A DNA stretch of 54,516 nt, the filler included, from Sluysia triapertura (taxonomy: Eukaryota): the NCBI GenBank assembly GCA_046118255.1. It is 4 parts of 4 records of this genome, joined end to end, with 100 filler letters (N's around TTAATTAATTAA, not from the genome) between each part and the next. Parts side by side here need not be neighbours in the genome. Positions count along the whole stretch, not along the records: positions 15,520 to 27,901 come from JBJNIA010114752.1; positions 28,002 to 42,056 come from JBJNIA010007326.1; 2 more parts are not named here. One strand, given 5' to 3'. Of the stretch, positions 24,240 through 36,910 are shown piece by piece (positions within the stretch are counted from its first letter, which is position 1; every line of letters begins with the position of its first letter). The notes under the pieces are model-generated. The model made no database searches. It saw only the letters and a list, made by a program, of their open reading frames with translations, and was not told the origin of the DNA. The position numbers and the translations under genes are program-made.

Positions 24240-25240
24240 GTAACCAGTCATAACTATTTTCAACATGATTTTCGAGTTTCGAGCGATGTTCTGAATCAAT
24301 TCGACTAATCATTTGATTAATAAGACCCATGAATGTTGAATATCGGCCCAAATTTAAGTGAGAGGCAACACCGATGACAGCAGAAGTGGTTCTGATTTAG
24401 TTACTGATATTTCTTTAGTTGTGCCAAATTTTTTGTCAGTAAATTCCATTTGGTATATACCAAGGATAGACATTAAAACAGAAGGCTCATGTGACTTTAA
24501 CTCATGTAATAAAGGAAGTACTTCATCCAGTACGAAGCACTTATCAGTATATTCCAACTGTTACTTGTACATATTAAACGAGACACTTTCATCTGAGCAG
24601 TTTGAGAATTTAAACATAGAATCTTTGAATGTGGAAATATTTCAATTTTTAAAGTACGGAATGCCATTAATTGAGCTACAGTTGGCAAAATTTTTAAACG
24701 CACTTCCTGAGTTTGATTATTGCCAACTTCAAGAGCTCGATTCATCATAGGAAGAATGTAACTCTTGAAATCCAACTCAGGACATTTGCTCATCAAAATA
24801 TTCAAATGTTGTAGAATTATATGTACGATTTGATTTAGTTCTGGTATATTAAGAACAGGGATAAGTTTGGTAGCTCGCATTTGGAAAACTCAACTTCCGT
24901 ACATAAATCAGCGGTTTGAGGAGTGTTGGTAAAACAGAAGGGCCTTATTGCTGTTGTTTAATTCTAGAGTTAACTGTGGTAACACTCTATGTAAATTGAT
25001 TCGCTTGGGCATTGACATAACAGTTTTCGGTAGTGATTTGTAAAATTGGGATCGAGTTCGAAAAGTTGATACAGCAGATGGAATATGGAATCTTGCTAAG
25101 TTGTAGTGCATCTAATCGCAAAGCAAACTACTTTCTTAATCGAGAAGTAAGATATTCCTTAAAATTTTCCGGTGAATGTTGAAGTTGTGAATTTCGTAAT
25201 TGCGATGATTTTTTACTTTCACCAATTTTAAAATTCGAAT
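24240..25240 (-). pseudogene. SCYL2: SCY1-like protein 2 (SCYL2/CVAK104) pseudogene, end of kinase domain plus HEAT region
   Basis: Colinear fragments LDALQLSKIPY, RSQFYKSLPK...HRVLPQL, SYILPMMNRALE...QEVRLKILPTVAQL, DKCFVLDEVLPLLHELKSHEPSVLMSILGIY...KKFGTTKE and LNLGRYSTFMGLINQMISRIDSEHRSKLE, broken by several frameshifts and stops. No introns evident. Confidence 0.85.
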
Positions 25241-26984
25241 ACATAGAATACATATTTAACAATTTCTGAAACATTTTCATATTCGCAAAAAAGTGGGATA
25301 TTTAAAGAAAAATAAGTTAAACATCAACTTTTCTGATATGCATAATCTTTGAAAATTTATACATTTTGGAAACATAAATATTTTCACAATAAATTAAAAT
25401 TTTAGACGTGCTGCCAAGGAGGACGAAGAAAGTGATATCAGCAAGAGACTATAATTGATTTATAAATAATAAAACTTTTGTATGTTAATGATCGAGTCAC
25501 ATGAATTTTGCAAGTTGGGCGAAATATGATGATGTTATAAGATGAATGAAATGCTCATGAACGGGTTTGAAGTGAATTGTATCTGTACTTATGTCTATGT
25601 TTATTAATGGGTGTATTTAACAACAAAATGATGCGTACAGGTATGGCACTACAACTCATGAAGTAACTGATAATGTATTCCACACCCATACTCTACTAAT
25701 AAGTGACACATCATTAAATTTCCTTAATTCATAAATGCACATTTTCAATCATTGATTCATTAATTTTATTTATTCTGATCTTCATAAATTTGACCATCTG
25801 AGAAAAGCTCGCCATTATATCGTGATCCAAGTAAAATATAATTCAGTTTCAAATTTCGGTCGAGACCTGAATACTGAATGATGAAAATCGGGGAGAGTTT
25901 ATTTCAACTTTTTAAGAATCTTATGGAACTTAAAATTATATTTGTTTTATTTGAAATAAGGCACAACGATAATTTTCATATTAATTTTATTTGAAGTCCA
26001 GGGACACGAAGGACACCACTAACATTTATATGATCTTTTATCGATTGACATTGTGAAAAATTTCTAAATTAACTCAAATTCGATGAATGAACTCATCCTG
26101 AATTTTATTTTGGGGTCGTTTTGTTGAAGTATGTGATAAATTGACTTTATGGTTTCTATACGTGCACAACCTCCAAACATGTTTTCAACTGTCTCGGAAT
26201 TGTAACATTGTCATGCAGTTTTTATTAACTGGACTGTGGAGTGGTCATCAATTTTGGTTTATTGTCGACAATGTTCTTTTTGATTTTCTTGGCCCTCTCC
26301 AAAATGCTTATTTTATTCCTGTCTATTATGAAGTTGCCCAGTAGTATGTCTACTTGTTTGTAAATATGTTTGTTGTGGATATTTTGAATTTTAAAGAAAT
26401 CGGTTTAAAGAAAAATGACAATACTTATTGTAAATTGATTCGTTCCACGGATTACATAAGAGTGATAATGTGTATGGGTTTACGAACCACTCTTTATGAT
26501 TTGAAGTTGGAAAATAATTACAAGACAAACTGAAATAAAGTTTATTTAATTTCGAATGACAAACTGTTATGATACAAATAAAATGTCTTTAAATAACTGC
26601 GTATTTAATTTTTATTTAATTTTAGGACAGCCTTAAAATATTTTATAATCACATCACAATTTAAATTGATAAACACTGAGTAATGAAAGAATAAGACAAT
26701 AGGAATTTATAAAGGTAAAATATGTAGCACAAAGAATGACAATTTGAAATTCTTATTCTACTTTAAAGTAGAGAGACATCGGTGGATCAAATAGATGTTA
26801 GATGGTTGATGATAGTTCTTTAACAGTGACGTTTTTATTATCGATAATATGAATTGACGTATTATTTTTGCATATGATGTATAATGACCAGTTGATGAAA
26901 TGGAAGAATTTGTCTTTGTGAGGTAGTCTAATTTTGTCGATGCCTATCTCTTTCGTTGTTGATGTGTCTCTGATTGATGAGTCA

Positions 26985-27620
26985 CTTAGGTTTACATTAT
27001 TATACATCGCATTGCTTCGGCTTTATTTAGATTACTAAATAGAGACATGAATTTATCTACCTTTACATTGTTAGATATTACGATTGTTGTTCCTTCTTCT
27101 ACATTACTAGATAGAGACATTTTGTTAGACATCAAGATCGCTTTATCTTTACGAGGATTACTAAATAGACATGTGACTTTGTGCACATCAAGATTACTTT
27201 ATCTTTATTTATATTATTGAATATTATATTTGCTTTATTAAACATTAGAATTACTTATCTTTATTTAGATTACCAAATAGAAACATGAACTTATCTAGGT
27301 TTACATTGTTAGATATTACGATTGCTCTTCTTTCGTTTACGTTACTAGATAGAGACGTGACTTTCTCGATGACCACTTTGTCAGACATCAAGATTACTTT
27401 TTCTTTATTTGGATTATTAAACAGAATGGCTTTTATATACATTTACTTTGCTAAACATCAAGATTACATTGTCTATATTTACACTACAAAATACCAATTT
27501 TAGTACATTTACTTTGCTAAACATCAAGATTACATTGTCTTTATCTATACTTTAAATAGAAATATAACCTTAGCAACAATATCATTATTTATTATACTAA
27601 ATAGAAATATAACTTTAGCG
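26985..27620 (-). repeat. degenerate 36-nt (12-codon) coding-type tandem repeat with higher-order duplication
   Basis: Minus strand gives SLSSNVNERRAI/VISNNVNLDKFM/FLFGNLNKDKVI/LMSDKVVIEKVT-type units. 27020-27135 is duplicated at 27258-27385. Frameshifted. Confidence 0.7.
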
Positions 27621-27827
27621 TGAAGTTTAAAAGACATTTTTTTACCAAGTTGACACGGACATTTCTCAAGATAACAAAAAGAATTATTCACTCTAAACAC
27701 AGTATGTCCAAATCATCTCTGCATTATTTTATCTGCACTAATTTTGGCAAAATATTTGTAAACAATAACTTTTTGTTGTGACCACTAATAAATTTAGTAT
27801 CGTATACATATATGCATGTATGACGAC

Positions 27828-27829
<2 letters not shown>

Positions 27830-27901
<72 letters not shown>
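27830..27901. repeat. (ATT)n microsatellite at contig edge
   Basis: Directly visible. Confidence 0.9.
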
Positions 27902-28001
27902 NNNNNNNNNNNNNNNNNNNNNNNNNNNNNNNNNNNNNNNNNNNNTTAATTAATTAANNNNNNNNNNNNNNNNNNNNNNNNNNNNNNNNNNNNNNNNNNN
28001 N
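27902..28001. other. artificial assembly linker
   Basis: N44-TTAATTAATTAA-N44. Confidence 0.95.
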
Positions 28002-28019
28002 ATACTTTTTATTTATAAA

Positions 28020-28119
28020 CTTTGGCACCAAGGTTCGATTTTGTTTGCGGCCCGCAAAATTTTCTCAACTAAATGTTTTGCCCTCGTGCGTAAGCGAGTT
28101 TGACACCACTGGTGTATAC
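28020..28119. mobile_element. hAT-Charlie-type element end
   Basis: Subterminal GCGGCCCGC, terminal GAGTTTGACACCACTG (ends 28111) and a Charlie-like 8-bp flank GTGTATAC. The other end is lost at the contig edge. Confidence 0.65.
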
Positions 28120-30395
28120 AGTAAAAGTTACAGTTTAGTGTTTTTTCCATTGTTAATTAATAAATAAATAATTAGTCAATTAGGTGGCATAGTATTTATA
28201 CATTATAAAGCGTGATTTTGAATTAACTCTCAGAAAGTTACATAAACTCGTTTAGCAAATAGTTAAATTATATAGGCAGGTTTTTAACAAGAATATAAAA
28301 CGCATACGCGAATCCATAGATGGAAACTAATTTTGCATTTTAAATATAAAAAATCTTAGCTGTATTTACTTTTTAGAGGATTTGCAATACTTTATTAACA
28401 TTTTCGTTAGAAATGTAATTTTTCTGGAAACTAATTAAGTGTGAAGGATTTTTGTCAACTTTGTTCATGTTTGTTTTCTAAATTGAACATTGTTGTTTAA
28501 AGGAATTTCTAAGTACTTTTTGATGTTTATGAAAATAACTTAAACACTTTGATAGCTTTGAATTATAAAGTCGGTGCTTCTGAACATTTTAATGTTTTTA
28601 TTCAAAATGTTTTTTCCTTTTAAATTATTTTCAACAATAGGTACAATATTTATAAATGCATAATAATAACTTAAATCAGGAATTGATTTTCCTGAGTTAC
28701 ACATTAAAATAAGAAAAATATCGAATGAAATTTGATGAAATTTTCATAAATAAAGTTTGATTGCATAAATAATAATTTCATTTAAAAAGCAGAAATTTAA
28801 TTTTTTTATCAGCAATTGATAAAATCAATTCATTATCATTTGATTAGTAAAACAGTTTTGACTACCAATTTAAAGCAATATTTAAATCAATGAGAAACTT
28901 TGTGGTCATTGAACATTTCTAAAAGTTGCAAAAACACTTTAGTTACGGTCTACTTTTATTAAATTTTATCAACTTTTGTTTGATTTATTACAAACTAAAG
29001 TATTTTTCGATATTATTATATTATGTTTTTCTGTATTTAACTTTTGTTAATATATATAAAGTTAATTATAAAGTTCATTTTAAGGATAGCAATTTCTCAT
29101 AAATGTTAAATTATCTCTTAGTATAGATTTTTCTTTAAATATGCATTATTTAAAGGTTTTTATACAAAAAAATGAGTAGAATGTACTATGTAATTTTTTT
29201 AATGACTTAAGTGAGTTTGCCTGTAATTCAAGTCTTGTAAATGATCATAGGTTTGTAAAGGTATATAGCATATGTGTATAAAATAAAGTATAAATAAAAT
29301 ATTAATGATTAATTGCCATTTAAATGAAAAATATGATTAGTAATATTTTTATAAAATTAATGGCTAATAAATAAATCATTTTAAGACAAAGTTTATGACT
29401 TGTAAAATAAATAGATTATTTCTGCAGAACTAAATGCATTAGAAACAAATTTCTTTGATTAATGAATAAATATTCAATCAAATAAAATAAACAAATCATT
29501 TTTCTTTAAAAGATAAAGGTAAATTTTTATGATTAATGAAATAAATACTTAGATATTTTAGTCAAATAAAATAAACTATTTTTCTGTGAAGAATAATTTT
29601 TACATACAGTGGATTTAAATTGATTATAAATAACAAAAAATTATCTCAATACATAAAACAGCAAAAAAACTTAGAGTTTGGTGATTGGAAATTATTATTT
29701 CTACGCTTTCAAAAAAACATTCATTCTTCATTTCTTCAATGTCAATGATAAAATTGCTCTATAATGCTTTAGAGTTAAAATCCAGGTAAAATCTCATCAT
29801 TTATATATCCAAGAATTAATCCTGGTTCAAATTATATTTTTTTAAAATCGATTTTGATTAAGATTATTTTATTCTTATTTATTTATTTTATTTCATTTAT
29901 TTTGAATATTTATATATCATACGTTGTAATTGTTTTACTTGTAGGATTATATGATTAGACATGACATTATTAAGATATTTATACAAAATTTTATTTCCTA
30001 CAAATTTTATACAAGTAATATTTTGAAAAGAAACAACAAAATGATATTATATATATTAAAATTTATATATAATATAAAATTGTCTTGAGAATATATACTC
30101 GATCATATATTCATGAGTTTGTTGGATCCTAAAATAAAAATTATCACATTTAGTAAAAATACATTAAAATTGTTAATTACTTTAATTGACTGTTCTGATG
30201 AACATCTTGGCAAATATCATCTACAATCTTCATTACTTTTGATATAAAACCAATATTTTAAATATCCCTTCGACTACCAAATATCAAGTAGAATTAAATA
30301 CAAAATCTTCAACTTCATCTGTTCTCTGCAAATGCTCGTCTAATTTCTCAATAACCCGTGTTGATTCTTTTGATTTAACATCCTCCGTTTGGTTA

Positions 30396-31463
30396 TCAAC
30401 TTTTATTTGACTTCTTAGAATCATGGAATTCAGCATTATTTGCATTTTTAAATACTCTTCTAGTAGAAATTCGTCTTCTTGTAAAAGTATTACTGAACAT
30501 CGAAGTATTTAAAATTAACTCAGAATTAGAAGGATCTAATTTACATTGTACACATGGCCATGTAATAAACTCTTTTAAATGAAGTTGACGGGTTCTCCAA
30601 TCGTACTTATCGAACGATATTTTATGACTGCCAGGTTCTTTGACACGATTCATCATATTAATTGAATTTAATTGTTGAGGATTCATATCTATAGCTATAA
30701 TGATAGAATTATTAGACTGGATAACTAAATTATTCAATTTATCAACATTTGATTCATCCATGTTAATCATATTTACGAATTCATAATCGACATGACTCCT
30801 AATAGGTTCTTGCTCAATTGATTCGAATAATTCTCGAAGATTCTCCGACTTAAAATATTCGCCAACATTAGATTGCTTCAAGTTGTTTATAAAATCACTG
30901 CATGACATTTTTGGATACATTTGATTTTGTAAATGTGCATTTAATATAATCAGTGCACAAACTAAAGTGTGACATTTATATACAGACGGGTTACAGAACG
31001 TATATCGTTCTGAAAATTGATGCATAATGCGTTCTCGTTCTTGTATTTTGCCATAAAGTGTGACTTTGCTCAGAAATTGCCGTAGTGCTTTATCAAGTCG
31101 TAAATTTGTAAAATCAAAAAGATTTGAGAATTCTATTCCAACAACTTGACTAAAATAATTTCTTTTAGATAAATGTTTTTCAACATCGATTAATCTGAAT
31201 TCATTATATTCGAATAAACGTTTTACTAAACGCTTTGCTGCTTCACGATCAACAGGTTTTGAAATTTGATGATATACTTTAGTTACATATGTTTCGTCTT
31301 GATTATTAACTAATAATTTCATTACATCATATATTGTATCAATGGCATTAAGTGTATGCAATGATGAAGTGTTGATTGAGATTTCATAGTGATCTTTATA
31401 GCCTTCAGAAGCATTTCGTACAACATCATTAATACTACATTTCAACTCGCAAATTCTATCCAT
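30396..31463 (-). CDS. PSD/EFA6-family Sec7-domain protein, divergent (catalytic Glu->Lys; degenerate PH start); possibly a young pseudogene
   Basis: DREAAKRLVKRLF...HLSKRNYFSQVV...FDFTNLRLDKALRQFLSKVTLYGKIQERERIMHQFSERYTFCNP...HTLVCALIILN...KMSCSDFINNL matches EFA6 Sec7. KEPGSHKISFDKYDWRTRQLHLKE resembles the start of the EFA6 PH domain. A protein-like +1 frame continues past the stop to ~30281. Confidence 0.8.
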   Translation of the reverse strand: MDRICELKCSINDVVRNASEGYKDHYEISINTSSLHTLNAIDTIYDVMKLLVNNQDETYVTKVYHQISKPVDREAAKRLVKRLFEYNEFRLIDVEKHLSKRNYFSQVVGIEFSNLFDFTNLRLDKALRQFLSKVTLYGKIQERERIMHQFSERYTFCNPSVYKCHTLVCALIILNAHLQNQMYPKMSCSDFINNLKQSNVGEYFKSENLRELFESIEQEPIRSHVDYEFVNMINMDESNVDKLNNLVIQSNNSIIIAIDMNPQQLNSINMMNRVKEPGSHKISFDKYDWRTRQLHLKEFITWPCVQCKLDPSNSELILNTSMFSNTFTRRRISTRRVFKNANNAEFHDSKKSNKS

Positions 31464-31944
31464 TATAAGTTGAAGAATTAGTATATTTTTGTTTTTTGAA
31501 ACTTACAAATCTAAATATTTTATTTTTTATCTTTTATACAGAAATAATTGTAGTAGTAAAATTATGCTGAAGCTTATTTTTATTCTAAACAACAATATCT
31601 TTGAAAGTAGTGGAATTGCACCAATAAAAATAGTCTAAATAAAGTAATAACATACAAATAAAAGCGTTAACACGCAATTATTTGATATTGTTATAAAATC
31701 ATTCGGAATGTTTGTATGTTCAAATTGTAATTATCCAATTATGGCAAAATTATTTAACTCAATGTTGTAGTATAGACAATGTAGACACTTTTCTATGTAA
31801 CAATAGTAACTATTAAGTATGTTTGCTTTTGTATCATTATTATTACACAATTCAGTTCCTCGGTTCAAACGACATGTCCGCACAAGGCAGCGCTATATGA
31901 TTGGGCTTTAATATTTCTATTAAACTAAAAGATGATTTGAAAGA

Positions 31945-32013
31945 TGATTGGACGTCCAAACTGAATAAATAAATTTACAACGTAACGATGGATTTGGTTG
32001 GATATCCAATCAA
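31945..32013 (-). promoter_or_regulatory. double ATTGG-N-CCAAT palindrome, second copy
   Basis: Minus strand TTGATTGGATATCCAACCA...TTTGGACGTCCAATCA aligns with 1537-1607 (69 vs 71 bp). ~480 bp upstream of the Sec7 ATG. Confidence 0.5.
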
Positions 32014-32527
32014 TTGTTATATAATTTAAGATCAAATTGCGAATAAATATATACAGCAAATTAAAAGTACTTCTGATTAATTATGTTAGTTGTCTGTGTA
32101 TCATAATTTTGACAGGTTGTATCTAATTCACTTGGCAGCAACCAGGATTAATGTAGTTATTTGCTTCAAACCGTAGTAATGATAATAATAATAGTGAATA
32201 TTACGAGACTAATAATAAATAATTAAAGTTAAATAACATTAATATCAGAAACAAGATAAAATGCATAAATTCTTGTACTTTTATATTACATGATCTTTCT
32301 TTTTTAAAAATACAAAAATACTTCTTACGTTAAAATTTCTTGATATAAATTTAATAAAATTCTTTTCTTTTATTACTTAATTTCTTATGATTTATTTTCT
32401 TCTGGAGTTATTTAAAAAGAATTGATTAAAATAAATTCTTATTGAATTAAAAAATAACTTTGATGTATGAGTTTAATGTTTTTCGATTATATAAAAGATT
32501 GAGTGTTAAAAGGTTGTGAAATTGGAA

Positions 32528-32720
32528 TGTTTCGTATCTTTACAATCACGTCCTCTTCGAGTTTAAGACGTAATTTGTAAACGAACCCAGAGTATAAAAT
32601 TATATTTTGCTAGGTAAAATTAAGTAGAAGAAAAAAAACAATATTATTATTACTTTTAATTATGCGTCTATTTCAGTAGAGATATAATTTGACTCTCTCA
32701 TGAAGGAGAACCATACTACT
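32528..32720 (-). mobile_element. LTR-like unit at the head of cassette B
   Basis: 3' hairpin TTTACAA/TTGTAAA with inner ACGTC/GACGT, ending GATACGAAACA, then directly a C/A-rich tract. 5' boundary uncertain. Confidence 0.35.
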
Positions 32721-33977
32721 GACTAAAATCAAATTTTAATCAATCTATAAAATTAAAATATGTAATTTTATATAATTTTAAAAAGGTATAAGACAAATGG
32801 TTTGAAGGAACCAAATTGAATATGAAATCAAAATTTAATACATCAAATGGTTTGAGCAACAATAGGTTTATATTTCATATTTCCACTGTCGCATTATCGG
32901 CAACACCGGATTGCCAAGGGTCTAACTCCAAATGGATTATTCAAATAATGGAAATATTCAAGCTCTCTATTCAAGACAGTAAACGGATATTGTCGATGTT
33001 GTCATAATTTTCTAAAATATCTTATTCCGATAATACTGAAATTTCGGCTAAGCAATTTTATAAAAACATTGATAGTTTCATTTCAAATTTATTAACAAGT
33101 TTCGATTTAACAAAACAATTAAATAACAAGATAATTAACATGAAATGTAGTAACAAGAATAGAAGAAAAATGAATTTCAATAAGATTAATTTTAGATTGT
33201 AGGTGTGTGTAAGTGTTGTCGTGAGTATTATTATCATTATGATTGTAATTGTTGCTCTGAGTATATGTTGAGCTTGCATTGTGTTGTTTGACGAGTATTT
33301 CTGCTTTATATATGTTATTTGTTCATTTGTGTTATGTTGAGTAGAAACTTTTTTTAATTTTATATTGTTAAATAATGAAAAAATAGGAATTTCTTTATTC
33401 TTTAATATTTGTAGAGTTTATTCTCCAATATTTATAAGAAATTCTTTTCGTATGTTGCTTTGGAAACATCTCATCATGTAGTATTTTTCACTGATGCTAT
33501 ATTATGGCCAATAATTTTTTATTTTTGTTCTAGAATAAATTTTCTATTATAAATTTTTCTTTATACTCAATTTCAACACATGGTCAGTTTTACATTATAA
33601 TTAAAAATATATAAATATAAATCCTGGGCATTTTCATTCTAGACCATAACTGTGACCATCACATTCATTTACATTCTCTCTGATAATGTGTATTAATTCG
33701 CTAATGCTAGTGCTTCATATTCATTTCTGTTTTACCAGCATTACACATTTTTATTTAGTCCGTAAATTTACATTTGACTAATTTAATATGTTAAGTTAGA
33801 TTCCTCTTTCTTATTATTCTGTTTTATTTTATATTATTTTTATTTTCTAATTTTGAAATATTTCTTTTTCATTTTCAGAATTTGTTTCTTTTTTTGACAA
33901 CAGTAGAGTTTGTATTTTGCTGAAAAATTTATTTATTTTATAATTAAATTATAATCTTTCATTATAATATTTCATTA

Positions 33978-34519
33978 ACGTCGGATAAAGGGACGGACAA
34001 ACCGGGCGACTGTCTTGGCGCTGATATAAAAATGAATTTTTTTACATTCATTATTTTTTTAGATTTTATAAATTAAAATCGATCATTTTTCATGAGACAT
34101 GGATTTTTTTAGCAAGGAATAATAACAAATAAAGATCACAACGCTAATTTGTAAACTCTTTACAAATGATTTTCAAAACAAATTAATTTAATTAACTATG
34201 TTATTTAATTTTTTACAAATAGCATTTTAAAAATCTTCTATGCCTAATGTATGCAAGAGGAGTAGCATAACTTACTTTTCAAAGTTCTCGCTCCTTCCTC
34301 GCTCAAACTTCAAATGTTATTCCATATGTTGTATCGCTTATTAGTAAATAACAATTGTATTATTTTTTAAATAAGTAAATTTTTTACACAGTTATTTATT
34401 GTGTAATTTTTATTTTTTTTTGCTATTTTTTTAATTTGCAGTAAATTTTTATATTCTTGTATGAAAAGGCGACAAATTTTGTTTTGCCCGGGACGCTGAA
34501 AACCATAGATCTGGCTCTG
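33978..34519. mobile_element. non-autonomous hAT-like element
   Basis: Right end reads CAGAGCCAGATCTATGG...CCCGGGCAAAAC on the minus strand. Decayed GC-rich left end CGGATAAAGGGACGGACAAACCGGGCGACTG. AT-rich interior. Confidence 0.5.
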
Positions 34520-34787
34520 CTTGCCATATTTACATTCTCATGAATTTCATTTATTAAAAATTGTAAAAAATTATCAGAGAAATGTGATGGAATGTTAAAA
34601 AAATTTGTTTAAATGGTAACATCAAATGAGCAAAAGAAACGGCAAACAATTAAAGCAGAAATATTTAATGATTGTACTATTATTTTAGAAGATTCTCTCG
34701 CGAGCTTTCTAGTTTATAAAAGTATTTTGCTTTTAAAATAATTTATAAAGTAGAATTCATTGAAAGTTAATTTATATAAAAAGTATT

Positions 34788-34926
34788 NNNNNNNNNNNNN
34801 NNNNNNNNNNNNNNNNNNNNNNNNNNNNNNNNNNNNNNNNNNNNNNNNNNNNNNNNNNNNNNNNNNNNNNNNNNNNNNNNNNNNNNNNNNNNNNNNNNNN
34901 NNNNNNNNNNNNNNNNNNNNNNNNNN
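34788..34926. other. assembly gap
   Basis: Run of N. Confidence 0.95.
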
Positions 34927-35399
34927 ATGACATCAAAATGAGTGCATGGAAGAAAAGATCAAAGAAAATGAAATAGGTATATTAATTTTAGAAGTAGCAA
35001 AATTTATATATCCTAAAAATTATAAGTTCATTTTAAAAATGAAAGAAAATAGTAATAAAAGAAATGGAATAACTAGCTAAACACTTGTATTTATCTCACA
35101 AATAATTTTGACATTATGTCATAACACATTTTACAAAACTTAAATTACGCCTTATAACTCTACAAATTACTCAGACGGTATCAATTGAAAATGTCTTAAT
35201 TTATCTACAAAATGGCTTTAAAATAAGTTTCATTATTCAATAAGAATTATTTTTAAAACACTTCATTTGATTATTTTGTATAAGTTCTGATTATTTTATA
35301 TATGTAATCAAATAATCTTAACACTTTGTTAACATATTGTATGCGTTTTTCATAGTTTGTTTCTGGAGTGCTGAGACATTTGAGTTAGTCAGCGGATAT

Positions 35400-35600
35400 C
35401 GTATAAATACGATGGTAATTGTATATATGCTGGGCAACGCTTGGCATTATTTATTCCCAAAGATTTTGTTTGTTAATTTAGTCGTTCTTTTTCTGATTTT
35501 ACTGAATGACCAAACTGCAGAAAATTCACCGAAAAATGTCCACTGTTCGCAGCGATGTGCACCCGCATGTCAATATCTGTATTCAGTGATATTATCATTG
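35400..35600 (-). mobile_element. possible transposon XPG/PIN-like domain remnant (Academ-type)
   Basis: NTDIDMRV...LGNK*CQALPSIYTIT resembles DTDV...LGxxLCxALPxFHAxTGCD. Frameshifted. Confidence 0.25.
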
Positions 35601-35999
35601 TGTGAAACAATAAAACAGAATTGTATTTTAATAATTTCGACGTTCTGTTTTCCGCGTCTTCACAATTTTTTAATCTTTAATTCCCATATAACTGCATTAA
35701 ACAAAAATTTGGAATGATCGATTTTATTTTTTACATTTTTATTTACAATATTTTTATATAATATTTATTTATTTAAGTTTTTCATTTTATTTTAAGACAT
35801 ATTTACAATTGCATGTTCATAAAGAACTTAAAACTTTTAAATTTATTGAAGACGCCTATTTTTTCAGGAAATAAAAACTCATACACCTTTTTTCAGCTTC
35901 TCCATAAGCGATGTTTCTTCGTCCGATGAATAACTTTCTGATTCAGAATTATCAAATTATTCAAGTCTTGATATATTGCCAGTACGGAAAATTTAAAAA

Positions 36000-36185
36000 T
36001 GTTGAGTTGTCATCACAAACCTCTTCTAAAAAGTAAGTCTAAATAAGACCCTCCGTTGAATAATTTAAACACGATTAAAGATAAATGATAAAAGTTGATA
36101 ATTCGTTTAAGTAAATTGCCAATTATACTTACAGAAACTCCAACTCTACGTTGTAAGTCGTTTAATGTAACCGGATCCTGATACA
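36000..36185 (+). mobile_element. short LTR-like unit (186 bp)
   Basis: TGTTGAGTTGTCATCACAAACCTC ... ACGTTGTAAGTCGTTTAATGTAACCGGATCCTGATACA. Both ends match the 21337/46155/50951 family. Confidence 0.65.
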
Positions 36186-36910
36186 ATTTATTTTGCCATA
36201 TAATAATGCTTAAGAAAACTGCAGCAAAACACTAAGTAAACTAAAACACTAAATAAGGATTAAAAACCAAAATTTTAAAATACATTAAAATTTTTTAGGA
36301 ATAATCAGATTTCATTCAAATTTTAATTTTATTTCCCTAAACGTTATAACAAAGATGCATTGGATACCTTTTCAAAAAAATGAACATTGTACTAAAAGAT
36401 AAAAAGGAAATTCATAGTATATGATATATCAATTTATACAAATCTAATACTATAGAAATATGTTATTCACTATAATACTTCGGGATTAAAATAAATGTTG
36501 TCTCCTTTTGAAATATTCATTTATTAAAGATAAATGACACGCTTTCCCTCTTACACAATAAGAAAATGCGAAAACACTCTTCGTAGCACAGCAGCACAGT
36601 TTCATTTACAAGTCTATAATTGTGCAGCAACCATCTTATAAGACTTTATTATGTACAGACTACGATAACACAATTTGTATTCTAAGCATTTATAAAATTA
36701 AATTCTGCTTTGTGTCATGATGTGTAGTGTACAATATCAACTTACACAAACTAATTTCGCATTTGTTCTATGTTTAGTATTACGCAACATGTAGGAATAA
36801 TGCATGCATTTAAATATTCATAATTTCAAGTATTTAACGAAAAGATCAAAGTAGAATTTGACAAATAATAAAGAACATTAATATGAATGTTTATCTTTAT
36901 ATATTTTCTT

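Noticed and set aside
25960-26400. Copia-like VLRVPGL motif and adjacent coding-like remnant
   Set aside because: The match is too short and no supporting motifs lie nearby.
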